A stretch of 64,000 bases of DNA from Octopus vulgaris (lineage: Eukaryota): the NCBI GenBank assembly GCA_951406725.2, contig OX597829.1:5208001-5272000 (forward strand), in the 5' to 3' direction. Positions 12,636 to 25,748 of the stretch are shown here, piece by piece (positions within the stretch are counted from its first letter, which is position 1; every line of letters starts with the position of its first letter). The notes under the pieces are model-generated. The model searched no databases. It saw only the letters and a list, made by a program, of their open reading frames with translations, and had not been told where the DNA came from. The translations under genes and the position numbers were made by a program.

Positions 12636-13310
12636 GACCTTCCGCTTCTTCATATTAGCCCCGATGTGATGGAGTTTGTCTGTTCCTTCATCCATCTGAG
12701 CTCTACAGTCACCAATAAAAAGAGACTTAACCCCAGAGATCAACCTCAAATGTGGTCTGGCCGCCGAGGTCATGTACTTCCTAGGGAAACCCCTTTGGTA
12801 CCAATGCCTAGTAGACGAAGATCTGCATCTACAAGGTGTCGAACCCCTCCATTTTCCTCTAAGGAGCAGAAAGTTGGCCCCATCCCACGAAGACCCTGGC
12901 AAAGGCAATCGATGGCTTCGATAGCAGATTCCTGAGGACAATCCAGAACATCAGATGGTACCACCAGGCTTACAAGAAAGTGCTGCGTGTGCACACGTAT
13001 CAGCCCTTAGCCTACCACCACATAGCTATGCTCCACATGTGCTAGTACGGACATGTCCTCCGCCTACCCACAGATCATCCTACCAGGGCCTTCCTCTCGT
13101 TCGGCACAGTAGCTGCGGACTGGAAGAGGTTCTGTGGAAGGCCCCTCACCGGATAGCTGGACGTGATTCAAGAATATCTCCACAGACTCGACGTCATCTT
13201 GACGAATGTAGAGGGACTGGCACGGAACCACCAGTGATGGAGGGTACTAGTAGACCTAGTCGGCTTTACGCACGATGACACGTCTGGAACGGCTGAGCTG
13301 AAATGACCCC
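12636..13310 (+). mobile_element. RTE-clade LINE 3' part
   Basis: MEFVCSFIHLSSTVTN (EFxYLGS motif), then frameshifted RTE C-terminus ending WRVLVDLV. Confidence 0.8.
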
Positions 13311-13642
13311 CCAGCCCCACCAAACATGAGCATGAGTTGAACTTAACATGTACGTATATAAACACACACATGCACACACACATAACTTCATCTCTCGCCA
13401 TCAAAAGTCGATTAAATAAGTACCAGTCATGTACTGGGAACATTATAGTTTACTGTTTCCATCCCTCAACCATTTTTATTCATAGTCTCAGTAAACATAC
13501 CCCACAAAAGATAAACTATACAGTTAATTTTTCCCGTGTTTATGGATACACGTACCAGTAAAACTACTGGGGTCAATATAGTTGGTTACATCCCTCTCTA
13601 AAATTTTGCGGCCTTTGCTTTCGTTAGAAATTATTCTTGCAT

Positions 13643-13683
<41 letters not shown>

Positions 13684-13894
13684 TTTCTACGGGTGAGTCT
13701 TGTTTATATAACATCTGGTTTTTTGCATTGAGGTAATTAGTATAATGATAAATCTCTATTGATTTTGAGTTATATTACACAGAAAAGTCAACCCTATTAA
13801 TTCCTGACAGCTGTCCTAGTTGGCAGTGAACTTTATTTATGTAAGTAAATATATTTATATATACAAATGTCTCTCACCCCTCCCTAACCTTCGT

Positions 13895-13931
<37 letters not shown>

Positions 13932-13987
13932 ATGTTACAGCTTTTAAACGAAAGATGGAGATATTCCCAGTGTATGTTTTTAGGTTT

Positions 13988-14032
<45 letters not shown>

Positions 14033-14586
14033 GTGTGTGTATATATATGCGCTAAGTGTATGTATGTATGTATGCATGCATGCATGCATGTACGTATTTG
14101 CACTGAGGTTTTGCCCACTGTTCACAATCTGAGATTTTTCAGGTGTCTATGTTAAATATTCAAACGGTTACATTCAGTTTCGAAACTATCGTTTTCATTA
14201 GGTCTGTTTGTTTTCATTAGCTAATCCGTTCTCTGACGTTGTCTGTATTGGTGTTGTTAAGATGGTGATTACTACTTTCCCGCTCTTGCCAACATTCCGC
14301 ACTGCCACTAATATGTCATTTTTAGATATTTACCCTGTCTGCAATCGAGACGAATGTTCAACTTGAATTTATTTTGATGTCTACACTGGAACACTATCTC
14401 GTTTCTCCCATTGATTAGACACAGATGTTGCGTAATGATGTTGTACTTTTTCTGCGATGTGTAATGTTCGCCCCCAGTGTCATTTACATAAAGACACTAC
14501 TGTCTTTTTTGCCCAGCTTATATCTATATCTATATATTCACTTTTAAGCTCTAAACGATGTGCTTCTGACGGTACTTCGTGTAGAA

Positions 14587-14819
14587 GGCGGCGAGCTAGC
14601 AGAAACGTTAGCACGCCGGGCGAAATGCGTAGCCGTATTTCGTCTGCCGCTACGTTCTGAGTTCAAATTCCGCCGAGGTCGACTTTGCCTTTCATCCTTT
14701 CGGGGTCGATTAAATAAGTACCAGTTACGCACTGGGGTCGATATAATCGACTTAATCCGTTTGTCTGTCCTTGTTTGTCCTCTCTGTGTTTAGCCCCTTG
14801 TGGGTAGTAAAGAAATAGG
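14587..14819 (+). mobile_element. SINE family A, full-length young copy
   Basis: Consensus-like; ACTTCGTGT repeated at 14574-14582 and 14821-14829 (probable TSD). Confidence 0.9.
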
Positions 14820-15414
14820 CACTTCGTGTTGAGTTTGTTTCGAACCGGTGGAACTGCCAAGCAAGAGATTTGTTGTTAGTCGAGATAAAACACAGTCTGA
14901 GTATACACAGCTTTTAAAGACCCGCTCCTTCCTTCGATTTAGTCTTTATCAGTGCAACTCACTTGCATTACTATTAGCTTATGATATTTTTTGGAGTTAT
15001 CACTTGGTATAGTTATAAAATGTAGTAGTTGCACCTCTGCAATGGAGTACAGTCTATCTACTTATGGATATTCTGTATGATGTACCTCTGGGTTCTGTGT
15101 GCAGCCGTAACCTTTGTTTAACTTATGCTGGGGAGTGTACGATACCTACGTTCGGTGAAAGATGTTTAGTAATTTTCAATGACAGTGATTATATCTATGT
15201 ATCGAGATACAACAGTTATGAATCTTATAACTATTGAACTTTGAACTTTGTAAGTCACTTTGGCCACATGACAATAGTTACTGTTAGATGGAGGTAAAAT
15301 TAAAATTTTCAATCCAACCTCATCAAATAAAAGAATCATTGTTATTAAGAGTATTTTTCATTTCTAGAAATTATATATCTGTTCTCTGATCGCGTAATGT
15401 TTCTCTGTATTTTA

Positions 15415-15460
<46 letters not shown>

Positions 15461-15580
15461 CTCTCTCCACCCGCTCTATCATCCAATATATGTCTTCCCT
15501 GTCTGTCGCACCATCTCTCTTTCTCTCTCACTCTGTCTCCATCCCGCTCTTTTATGCAATATATCTCCCTATCCAACCTG

Positions 15581-15649
<69 letters not shown>

Positions 15650-15838
15650 AACCTCTCTCAGTGTTTTCATCTTCTGAAGGTTCATTTAGGTGGGTTGCAG
15701 CCATATCCATCACGGTGGCCCGTCGAATTTGACGTTCCTGAAGGAAACCGCACGATCCTGTAGAGCTAAATTTTAACTAATCAATTATTATTATTTCTGC
15801 TATATTTTTCGGTAAGAATATCCACACATACATACACG

Positions 15839-15981
<143 letters not shown>

Positions 15982-15985
15982 GATC

Positions 15986-16125
15986 AGGGGTGGCTGTGTG
16001 GTAAGAAGCTTGCTTCTCAACCACATGGTTCTAGATTCAGTTCCACTATTTGACACATTGGGCAAAAACTTCTACTATAGCCTTACGAAAGGATTTGCCA
16101 GATGGAATCTGAAAGAAGCCTATCA
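15986..16125 (+). mobile_element. SINE family B, partial
   Basis: GGCTGTGTGGTAAGAAGCTTGCTT..CAACCACATGGTT head. Confidence 0.7.
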
Positions 16126-16782
16126 TGTATGTGTGTGTGTGTGCTCGCACGTGACCATCGGCTATCTTTCTTTTTCTAACTCAAATTTCTTTCTTCCTTT
16201 CCAATCAGCCTCAGGGATCAGACGCATTCTTGATTTTCTCCTGTCAAAGCTTTTTCTTCCAGTGTTCGCCACTTCACCTCGTTTAAGGCTTAGCAGCCTT
16301 TCCTGCTTGTTTTCCCTATCCTGTTTTTGCTACCAACTTTGACCCTCTGCAAAATCTCAAATTTTATTTAATTTGCTTTGCGGGAGCAACTGTTTTGTCG
16401 AAAACGTATCTTGTCGTGAATTGCTCGAAATACGGAGTAGAAAAACAGCCGACAACTGATGAAGGTTCATTCTTTGTGTTGGTTGTCTTGTTTTCCATTT
16501 GTTTCTTTCGTTGTTCGCAAAAAAAGTTCGTATTCCATGTTTTCATATTTCGTATTTCATGTTGTTTACGTTCTGTGACGTTCTGTGACGTCCTGTGTCC
16601 ATATATACGCATATGTATATACATATATATGTAAGTATGTACACATATGTGTGTATATATGCATATATTTATATATATATTGCTTATATTATTATATGAT
16701 TGAACGCCACGCATCCATTTCCAAGTAAGTTTTATCTTATATGTGTGTGTGTGTGTGTGCGTCATGCATGCGTGCATGTATG

Positions 16783-16816
<34 letters not shown>

Positions 16817-17816
16817 TGTATGTATGTATGTGTATGTATGTTTGTGTGTATGTATGTATGTGTATGTATGTTTGTGTGTATGTATGTATGTGGGTGTGTG
16901 TGTATGCATGCATGTATGTATGTATGTATATATATGTATGTATGTGTGTATGCATGTATGTATGTATGTATGTATGTATGTGTGTGTATGGTATAGCTGG
17001 AGGCTGAACGCGTCGTTTCCTGTGCGTAAAGATTACAACGAACAGATTAGTGAGCCAGTAAGGTAACTGTCCACATTGGATGGTAGAGTACTCTGAGGAG
17101 CGCGATTAGAGTAGAATGACTAATACTTAGCAGAGAAATGACGCTATGGAAAAACAGATTAAAGGAAATCTAGATGATAGAATAGGAGGGCCATTAAGGA
17201 AAGGTATCAGAACCGATGCACAAGCAATAACCATTTCTTCATCGCAGAACACAATGGTTGTGTTGTCAGAGCTAGGGGCACGTGCTCTAGGAACAGATGC
17301 TTCGATAGACTCGGGTGACACAAGTGCGACATAGCAATAAAACCACAATATCGTCTCTGGGGAAACAAGGGCAAGCGCGTGTCTCTCGGTTCCAAGTAGA
17401 TGTCGGTACCTTTCCGATACCATTTTGCTCATCTGTTCAAGGAGAGAGAGATGAAGCAAAGATGATAAAGAACTTTAGCGGCAACAGCGACGGCCTGCTG
17501 TGATTCCCGATTGCAGATGCCAAGTACTACAAACATCTGAGCTACTACTACGCATAACATTACAAGTTGAAAACTACCAAGCTTCTTGAATGATCTGTCT
17601 CTCAAGTCAAAGTCACACTTGTTTGCCAACGTCTTGGCACGGCAGCAAAACAGCATATTTTAAAATTTTAGCTTAGCTGCCTTTATTAAAGACAATTCCG
17701 TCCCGTTTTCATTGACAGGATCATTCGAATGTATATTGGCACCAGCTTGCTATTCAGCTTGAATCACAGGCACACACCCATGTAGATGTTTTCATATACA
17801 TATATATATATATAAA

Positions 17817-18045
17817 GGCGGCGAGCTGGCAGAAACGTTAGCACGCCGGGCGAAATGCGTGGCCGTATTTCGTCTGCCGTTACGTTCTGAGTTCAAATTC
17901 CGCCGAGGTCGACTTTGCCTTTCATCCTTTCGGGGTCGATAAATTAAGTACCAGTTGCGCACTGGGGTCGATGTAATCAACTTAATCCCTTTGTCTGTCC
18001 TTGTTTGTCCTCTCTGTGTTTAGCCCATTGTGGGTAGTAAAGAAA
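17817..18045 (+). mobile_element. SINE family A, full-length
   Basis: Consensus-like copy in (TA)n. Confidence 0.9.
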
Positions 18046-18053
18046 TATATATA

Positions 18054-18185
18054 TACGGCGGGCTTCTTTCAGTTTCCATCTACCAAATCCACTCTCAAGG
18101 TTTTTGGTAGACAAGATGCCAGAGAGTGCAACTGAACTCGGAACAATATGGTTGGGAATCAAGCTCCTGGCCACACAGTCATGTC
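18054..18185 (-). mobile_element. SINE family B, partial
   Basis: Reverse complement of the family B head. Confidence 0.7.
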
Positions 18186-18269
18186 TGCATCGCGTAGTAA
18201 GATCGAACTCAGAACAAGCGACAAAAAATACGCTTATTAAACACACCACTAGACCTGCACCGATTGTTA

Positions 18270-18303
<34 letters not shown>

Positions 18304-18564
18304 AAATATTATTTAAGCAAATATACATTATATATCAATGCACATATGTGTGTCTGATGGCTTATTATTACTTTTTTTTTTCTATGTTAGAGGAGGAGAA
18401 CGAACAGTAATCATGGCGTTTGGAGATTCCCTGAGACTACTGAGATTAATTTAGTCAATGATTAGCCTGAACAGCTGCAGGTCAATGTCTGAGAGGAGGG
18501 AGGAAAATGTGGGTGGATGGGGGAATCGAAAGTCTGGTCCAAAATATATATGTGTGTGTGTGTA

Positions 18565-18597
<33 letters not shown>

Positions 18598-18616
18598 CTG
18601 TGTGTACGTGAGTCTC

Positions 18617-18788
<172 letters not shown>

Positions 18789-18812
18789 AATACATATATA
18801 TATATATGTATG

Positions 18813-18892
<80 letters not shown>

Positions 18893-19341
18893 CGTCTATA
18901 TATATATAGGGAGAGAGAGAGAGAGGTGAGACATACACACACATACAGATACACATATATGTATAAAGATATATCTTATATAAACATGTATGTGAGTGTG
19001 TGTGAATATATATATATATACATATACAAATACATATATGCATATATAATCACATACACACACACACACACGCATATTTATAGCCATACACTCACTGGCA
19101 CATGCATAAATATCCCTTGGCAGGTGTAGCAAACCCCACACAAGATAAGGGATAAGGGATATATGTGCACAGGGAGAGGGAATGCATGTGTGTATGTACG
19201 TTTGTATGTACATATATATGTATATATCTATGTATGCATGTATATGTGTGTGTGTGTGTGTGTGTTGAATGTGTCTTCAAATCGTGACATCCAAATAAGT
19301 GAATGGACTGTTGGGATATTATTACATTTTTCCACATATGT

Positions 19342-19875
19342 CTTGACCGGCTTCCGTGCCGGTGGCTCGTAAAAAGCACCATCCGAACGTGCCCGATGCC
19401 AGCGCCACCTTGACTGGCTTCCGTGCCGGTGGCTCGTAAAAAGCACCATCCGAACGTGCCCGATGCCAGCACCGCCTTGACTGGCTTCCGTGCCGGTGGC
19501 TCGTAAAAAGCACCATCCGAACGTGGCCGATGCCAGCACCGCCTTGACTGGCTTCCGTGCCGGTGGCTCGTAAAAAGCACCATCCGAACGTGGCCGATGC
19601 CAGCGCCGCCTTGACTGGCTTCCGTGACGGTGGCACGTAAAAAGCACCATCCAAACTTGCCCGATGCCAGCCTCGCCTGGCACCTGTGCCGGTGGAACGT
19701 AAAGAGCACCCACTATACTCATGGAGTGGTTGGCGTTAGGAAGGGCATCCAGCTGTAGAAACACTGCCAGATCAGACTGGAGCCTGGTGCAGCCTTCTGG
19801 CTTCCCAGATCCCGGTCGAACCGTCCAACCCATGCTAGCATGGAAAACGGACGTTGAACGATGATGATGATGATG
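19342..19875 (+). mobile_element. RTE LINE 3' UTR/tail with 67-bp minisatellite
   Basis: Units start at 19342, 19409, 19476, 19543, 19610; then GGAAGGGCATCCAGCTGTAGAAAC and a (GAT)n tail; same tail as 24349-25425. Confidence 0.85.
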
Positions 19876-20380
19876 TCTTGGATGAATTGCATAACACTGT
19901 ATACGATGTAGAATCAATAATAACGTCCATTTGCTGAAACAATTATGATGTCAATTTAACTTTTTTCCCCTCAAATTATTACTTTTTGTATCATTCACTT
20001 TACAGGGCTTATATTAAGCTTATTGGATCTTGTGTAGTGCTCCCATTTGTATAAACTGAAGTCTTATGGATCTCCTTTGGATTTTTGAATACTATGCTAG
20101 CCAGTTTCCAGAATGATGTGCTAATTAAGCGATAACCTGGAATATAATTATCCCCTGTCACGACTACCGATTTCTGTCATTTATGGTTGCTGTTAGTATA
20201 TATATACAATTGTGTGTGTTGGCTGCAGCATCAGAACACTTTAGCTCTTATTTCTAGCATTGTACATGTTCTAACACCCTCTGTCATTCATATTTAACGA
20301 TAATTAGTTTTCCTTTTTGGTGACACATTGCTAAACTATTGCCTAATTTAATTATCTATCTATATATCTATATCTATCTC

Positions 20381-20450
<70 letters not shown>

Positions 20451-20476
20451 CATATATATATATATATTTATGTTTA

Positions 20477-20553
20477 TAGGGTGTCCATAAATTTTCTTTA
20501 CAGCTTCCATACTTTTAAATTCAATGTTGTAAAGGAACTTTATGGACAACCTG
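20477..20553. mobile_element. Tiny Tc1-type MITE
   Basis: TA|TAGGGTGTCCATAAA..TTTACA versus TGTAAAGGAACTTTATGGACAACCTG. Confidence 0.65.
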
Positions 20554-20743
20554 TGTGTGTAAATATATATATATCCATATATATATATATATAATTTTAA
20601 TCCAAACGGGAAAACAAAAAAACAACAACACGTGGAACAATTACAGTATTATTATTAATAGGCGCTCAGGAAATATGGAAGCAGGAAGGTATGACGTTTC
20701 GAGCGGAGCTCTTCGTCGGAAACATAAAGAAGGAAGAGAGAGG

Positions 20744-20788
<45 letters not shown>

Positions 20789-20789
20789 G

Positions 20790-20945
20790 ATACGACAAGC
20801 TTCTTTAAGCTTCCATCTACCTAATCCACTCACAAGGCTTTGGTCTGCTTGAGGCTATAATAAAAGACATTTGCCACACAGTGGGACTGAAACCAGAACC
20901 ATGTGATTGGGAAGCAAGCTTCTTACCATGCAGCCATCCCTGTGC
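20790..20945 (-). mobile_element. SINE family B, partial
   Basis: Reverse complement of the family B head. Confidence 0.75.
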
Positions 20946-21290
20946 ATATATATATATATATATATAAAGGTGCTAACATGGCAGTATTGTTGTTAAACCC
21001 ACTTTCTAATTATGCAGTTTCCAGTTCAGATCCACTGTCCAAGACTTTGGACCAGTATTTCCTCTACTATCAAACCAAGCTGTGTCAATCTTGAAGACAA
21101 CCATTATATCATCATCGTTTAACGTCCGTTTTCCGCGCTAGCATGGGTTATGTTTATATAATTGTATGTATATGTATGTATGTTCTTTGTTTTTGTATAC
21201 AATTGCAACCACTTCAAAGACAAACCGAATAAAACAATTCTTGTCCAGGCATATTCCTGATGGAGAATACACATTTATTGACAAAGTGCA

Positions 21291-22187
21291 AGAAAGCAGA
21301 AATATCCCTGGTGGTCTTGTTGACCACTGCTGGGGTATGATTATTGTTCTTTGTCTCCCCCTGATTCATATTGTGCATTTAAACACAACTTGTCCTATAA
21401 GAGATATTTATTTTAGACGTAAGTTGCTGTAACTTGCCTGTTAGCAGCTTATATGCAATAAGTATGATATTATATTATATTATAATAAGTACACATACAA
21501 GCCTGCATGTACATATGTATGAATGTAAATTAGATTTACATGTTAAATCTTGTTATTCTTGAGTACAATATTGTTTTATATGGCGTAATGCAAAAGAGAA
21601 TCTGCTTCCATGTCACCTGCAGGCTGTCTGGAATTGTTGAGACTGTTACGGCTGATGTTTAATTTTATCTTCTGTGAGTTTATATTTGTTGTAAAAGTCA
21701 GGAGAGAGAAGTTTGCAGCTTAATGCACAGCAGAAGAAAGATTGTATAAGATGAGGCTGTGAGGGTAAAATGTAGTAAGAACGATAAGAGGAGAAGTAAT
21801 GAGAGTGTGTTATGGAAGGGACAATGTAAGGGTTATATGCCACTAGGAGCACAAGGAGCTTTTGTAGCACTAATTGAAAAGCATGTTAGAGAAAACTCCA
21901 TATCTCTAAGCCCTTATAATGTAATGCATTGGGGTGTGAAATTTTGCCAGTCAGCTACTCTGCTTTGGTATTTGCTCAAAGACATTTTAAAATATAGATT
22001 AGTTTCAGTTCCAGATATGTGAGCTGTACTCCGCTAACAGGCAAGTTACAGCAACTTACATCTAAAATAAATATCTCTTATAGGACAAGTTGTGTTTAAA
22101 TGCACAATATGAATCAGGGGGAGACAAAGAACAATAATCATACCCCAGCAGTGATCAGCAAGACCACCAGGGATATTTCTGCTTTCT
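21291..22187. mobile_element. Fold-back element with 155-bp inverted repeats
   Basis: 21291-21445 is the reverse complement of 22033-22187 with about 3 mismatches; about 590-bp non-coding spacer. Confidence 0.85.
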
Positions 22188-22530
22188 CATGTCAGAAGAG
22201 CAGGGTTAATACTTGAGATGTGCAAATTTATGTTTGCACACATGACAGCATACAAATATGTATGAGCACATTCCAAAGATTAACCCTTGCTCCTCATATA
22301 TACATAGATATAGTGAGTCTCAAAAACTTTGCAAAAACTTTCTTTTTCAGTGCTGAAGAGGTGTTAGTTCTAGACTGAATTATCTTTGAGCATTTGTTGT
22401 GTTCCCATCACCCAGAATTATTTTGTGTTTCATCCTTCTTGAGAAGTTGATAAAATGAGTTATACATCACTCTCCTGTATCTCCTAATATAATAATGAGC
22501 ATAGTGCTTTTATATATTTGTATACATACA

Positions 22531-22566
<36 letters not shown>

Positions 22567-22570
22567 TATA

Positions 22571-22814
22571 TTGGTAAAAACGGTAAGATAACAAAAGAAA
22601 GAAAGAGACCTCAATATTATGTAAATAGAGGAAATTTATCTGTAAAATAATATGTGACAATTATTCGGGAGCCAAGATAAAACTCTGAGTTTCAGATGCT
22701 GAGGTAGAAATTCACAACACCATCTCATTGGTTATCTGATGTTGAGGATTTCCACTTCGGCATCTGAAACTCAGAGTTTTATCTTGGCTATTGAATAATG
22801 GTAACATATTATTT
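22571..22814. mobile_element. (TA)n-inserted Penelope-like fragment with inverted duplication
   Basis: Arms about 22645-22720 and 22743-22814; sister copy at 52791-52990; contains a hammerhead-like motif. Confidence 0.7.
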
Positions 22815-23034
22815 CAAAGATATATATATATATATATTTGTCCAAAATCAGAGTAGGAGCAGGACAGAGTAGGAGAAGGAGTAATGTAAGTGAAGGAAGA
22901 GGAGAGAAAATAATAACTCAGTGAAGGTGAGTTAGTGAGAGTAATAGCCCTGACTAAGAGAGAGTGGGAGAAAGTAATAGCAATGGAGAAAGGGAGGGTC
23001 GATAGATGAATAAGGGAGGAAGGGGTGAAAAAAA

Positions 23035-23084
<50 letters not shown>

Positions 23085-23659
23085 AATGGAAATGGGATGG
23101 TGAACATTCAACACTGAAACGAAAAATCAAACAGCATTTCAACTCTATTTGAGTATATGTGTGTGTGTGCTTGGACAAGGAAAGTATTATGTACTTCATT
23201 TTGTACCTTATTTATATATAAAATACTACAATTAGCCATCATTTTTGAATGGCACAGGGTCAGCTAGTATTATATAAACACATACACATATGCATCACAC
23301 AGACAGACTCTGATGTTCCTTGTGCCATTAATAGATATTGTCTTCTTCCCTACATCAAGAACATAAGGATAGTTAGAATTTGGGTAAATTTACATTTAGG
23401 TTTGGGTGTTAGAGTTTAGCATCAAAGTATAGGGATCAGGTCAGAGTCAGGGCTCAATTTATGTTTCAGAATTAGGGTTAGTGAGTATTAGGTTTAAGGT
23501 TTAGGGTTAGTTTTGGATGGCTGGAGTTATAGGTAGGGTCAGGGTCAGAATAGAAGAGTCACCTTTAGGTGACTCTTTTATTCTAAAGGTCAAGATCAAT
23601 ATTAGTTTTAGGGGATAGATAGAATTACAGTTACTATTAGTGTTGATATTACCTATTCT

Positions 23660-23858
23660 TTTCTACACTAGGCACAAGGCCTGAAATTTTGGGGGAGAGG
23701 GGGGAGTCAATTAGATTGACCTCAGTACATAACTGGTACTTAATTTATCAATCCTGAAAGGATGAAAGGCAAAGTTGACCTCGGTGAAATTTGAACTCAG
23801 AATGTAAAGACAAACGAAACACCACTAAGCATTTTGCCTGGGGTGCTAACGGTTCTGC
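23660..23858 (-). mobile_element. SINE family A
   Basis: Reverse-complement core GAAAGGATGAAAGGCAAAGTTGACCTCGG. Confidence 0.8.
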
Positions 23859-24348
23859 TCTTATTTTATTGATTAAATATGTACTGATATTTTGAGTACA
23901 TACATTTCATTGATATTTTGCTCAGTCAAAGACTCAGAAAAAGAACAGGGTATGCCTATTGTTTCTGAGCCCTTTTTTTCCTGCTACATTTAGGGATAGA
24001 AATAGTCAAATGAGATCAATACAGTTATATATTCAATAAGCTTAATTGTTTAGTTGCAGTTGGTGTCGTGTAGCTCTGAGATGGAAAATTATTAGCTTGA
24101 GAACTGTTCTACACAGTTGTATTTCTGCCAAGGAATGGGGAAAAAATTAAGAAAGTATGGGGGTGTGTGTGTGTGTGGTGGGGTAAGCACACACACTGAG
24201 TCTAATGATGGCTGAATCTTAAAAGTCACTGCCAACAACATTTTTGTATATGAATGATAATTTTGTACTCTACAAAAGTATAGAGAAACCCCTTTGATGA
24301 ATGTAAAATGGGTTTCATTATAACTTAACATAAAAACAAACATTAATG

Positions 24349-25425
24349 TCATCATCATCATCATCATCATCGTTTAACGTCCGCTTTCCATGCTAGCATG
24401 GGTTGGATGATTTGATTGAGGGCTGGCAAACCAGATGGCTGCACCAGGCTTCAATCTTGATCTGGCAGAGTTTCTACAGCTGGATGCCCTTCCTAATGCC
24501 AACCACTCTGAGAGTGTAGTGGGTGCTTTTACGTACAACGGCATGGGGGCCAGTCAGGCTGTACTGGCAACGACCTCGCTCAAATCTTTTACACATGCCA
24601 CTGGCACAGGTACCATTAGGCGATGCTGGTAACGGTCACACTTGAATGGTGTCTTTTATGTGCCACTGGCATGGAGGCCAGATAGCCGCTCTGGCAACGA
24701 TCACACTTGGATGGTGCTCTTAATACCCTACTAGCATGGGGCTCGAGTGCCAGTAAGGTGATGCTGGTAACAATCACACTCGAATGGTGCCTTTTAAGTG
24801 CCACTGGCACGAAAACCGGTTAGCCGCTCTGTCAAGGATCACACTCATATAGTGCTCTTAGCACCCCACTAGCACGGATGCCAGTCATCGAATTTGATTT
24901 TGATTTTGATTTTAGTTGCCTGAACAGGTCTTCGCAAGCAGATTTTTAATGTCCAAAGAAGGAAAAGGTATGTATAAGTGGGCTGGTTATGCCCCTGGCA
25001 TAGGCCATGAGATTATGGTCTCATTTGGGTTGCCAGGTCTTCTCATGCATGGCATATTTCCAAAAGTCTCGGTCATTAGTCATTTCCTTGATAAGGCTTA
25101 AAGTTCAAAGGTCGTGCTTCACCACCTCATCCCAGGTCTTCCTGGGTCTACCTCTTTCACAGGTTCCCTCAACCACTAGGGTGTGATACCTTTTCACACA
25201 GCTATCCTTATCCATTCCTACCATATGACCATACCAGTGCAATCGTCTCTGTTGCACACCACATCTGATGCTACTTAGGTCCAACTTTTCTCTCAAGTTA
25301 CACTCTGTCGAGTATGCACACTGACATTACACATCCATCGGAGCATACTGGCTTCATTCCTTGTGAGCTTGCACATGTTCTCAGCAGTTACGGCCCATGT
25401 TTCACTGCCATGTAGTATGCATGTA
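24349..25425 (-). mobile_element. 5'-truncated RTE LINE (RT C-terminus, repeat-containing 3' UTR, (GAT)n tail)
   Basis: LHGSETWAV..SMLRWMCNV..RRLHWYGH..RGRPRKTWDEVV; diverged tandem units about 24520-24890. Confidence 0.9.
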
Positions 25426-25569
25426 TCTATATATATATATATATATATATAAAGATGTATACACATGCATTGTAAGTAGTCATCTAGCATGTCTTTTGTT
25501 ATTTATTAATTTTTTGCTTTATATTTTTTACTCTACTTTCCAAACTCAACTACTGCTATCATGATGATG

Positions 25570-25748
25570 ATCATCATCATCATTTAGCGTCCGCTTTCCA
25601 TGCTAGCATGGGTTGGACGGTTCAACTGGGGTCTGGGAAGCCAGGAGGCTGCACCAGGCCCAGTCTGATCTGGCAATGTTTCTACGGCTGGATGCCCTTC
25701 CTAACGCCAACCACTCCGTGAGTGTAGTGGGTGCTTTTTACGTGCCAA
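25570..25748 (-). mobile_element. RTE 3' tail fragment
   Basis: Same tail as 19700-19875 and 24349-24530. Confidence 0.85.

Noticed and set aside
14175-14216. Minus-strand CUAAUGA..GAAA motif
   Set aside because: Core G5 is missing and helices I/III are poor.
16380-16470. Permuted hammerhead (GAAA..AUC UUGUCG..CGACAA CUGAUGA)
   Set aside because: Helix I pairs, but helices II and III cannot be formed convincingly.
17050-17660. Cluster of short ORFs in GC-richer sequence
   Set aside because: No recognisable motif or consistent splice sites.
19342-19710. CRISPR-like array or long ORFs
   Set aside because: Contiguous tandem units without unique spacers, eukaryotic context, no cas genes; the ORFs arise from the repeat.
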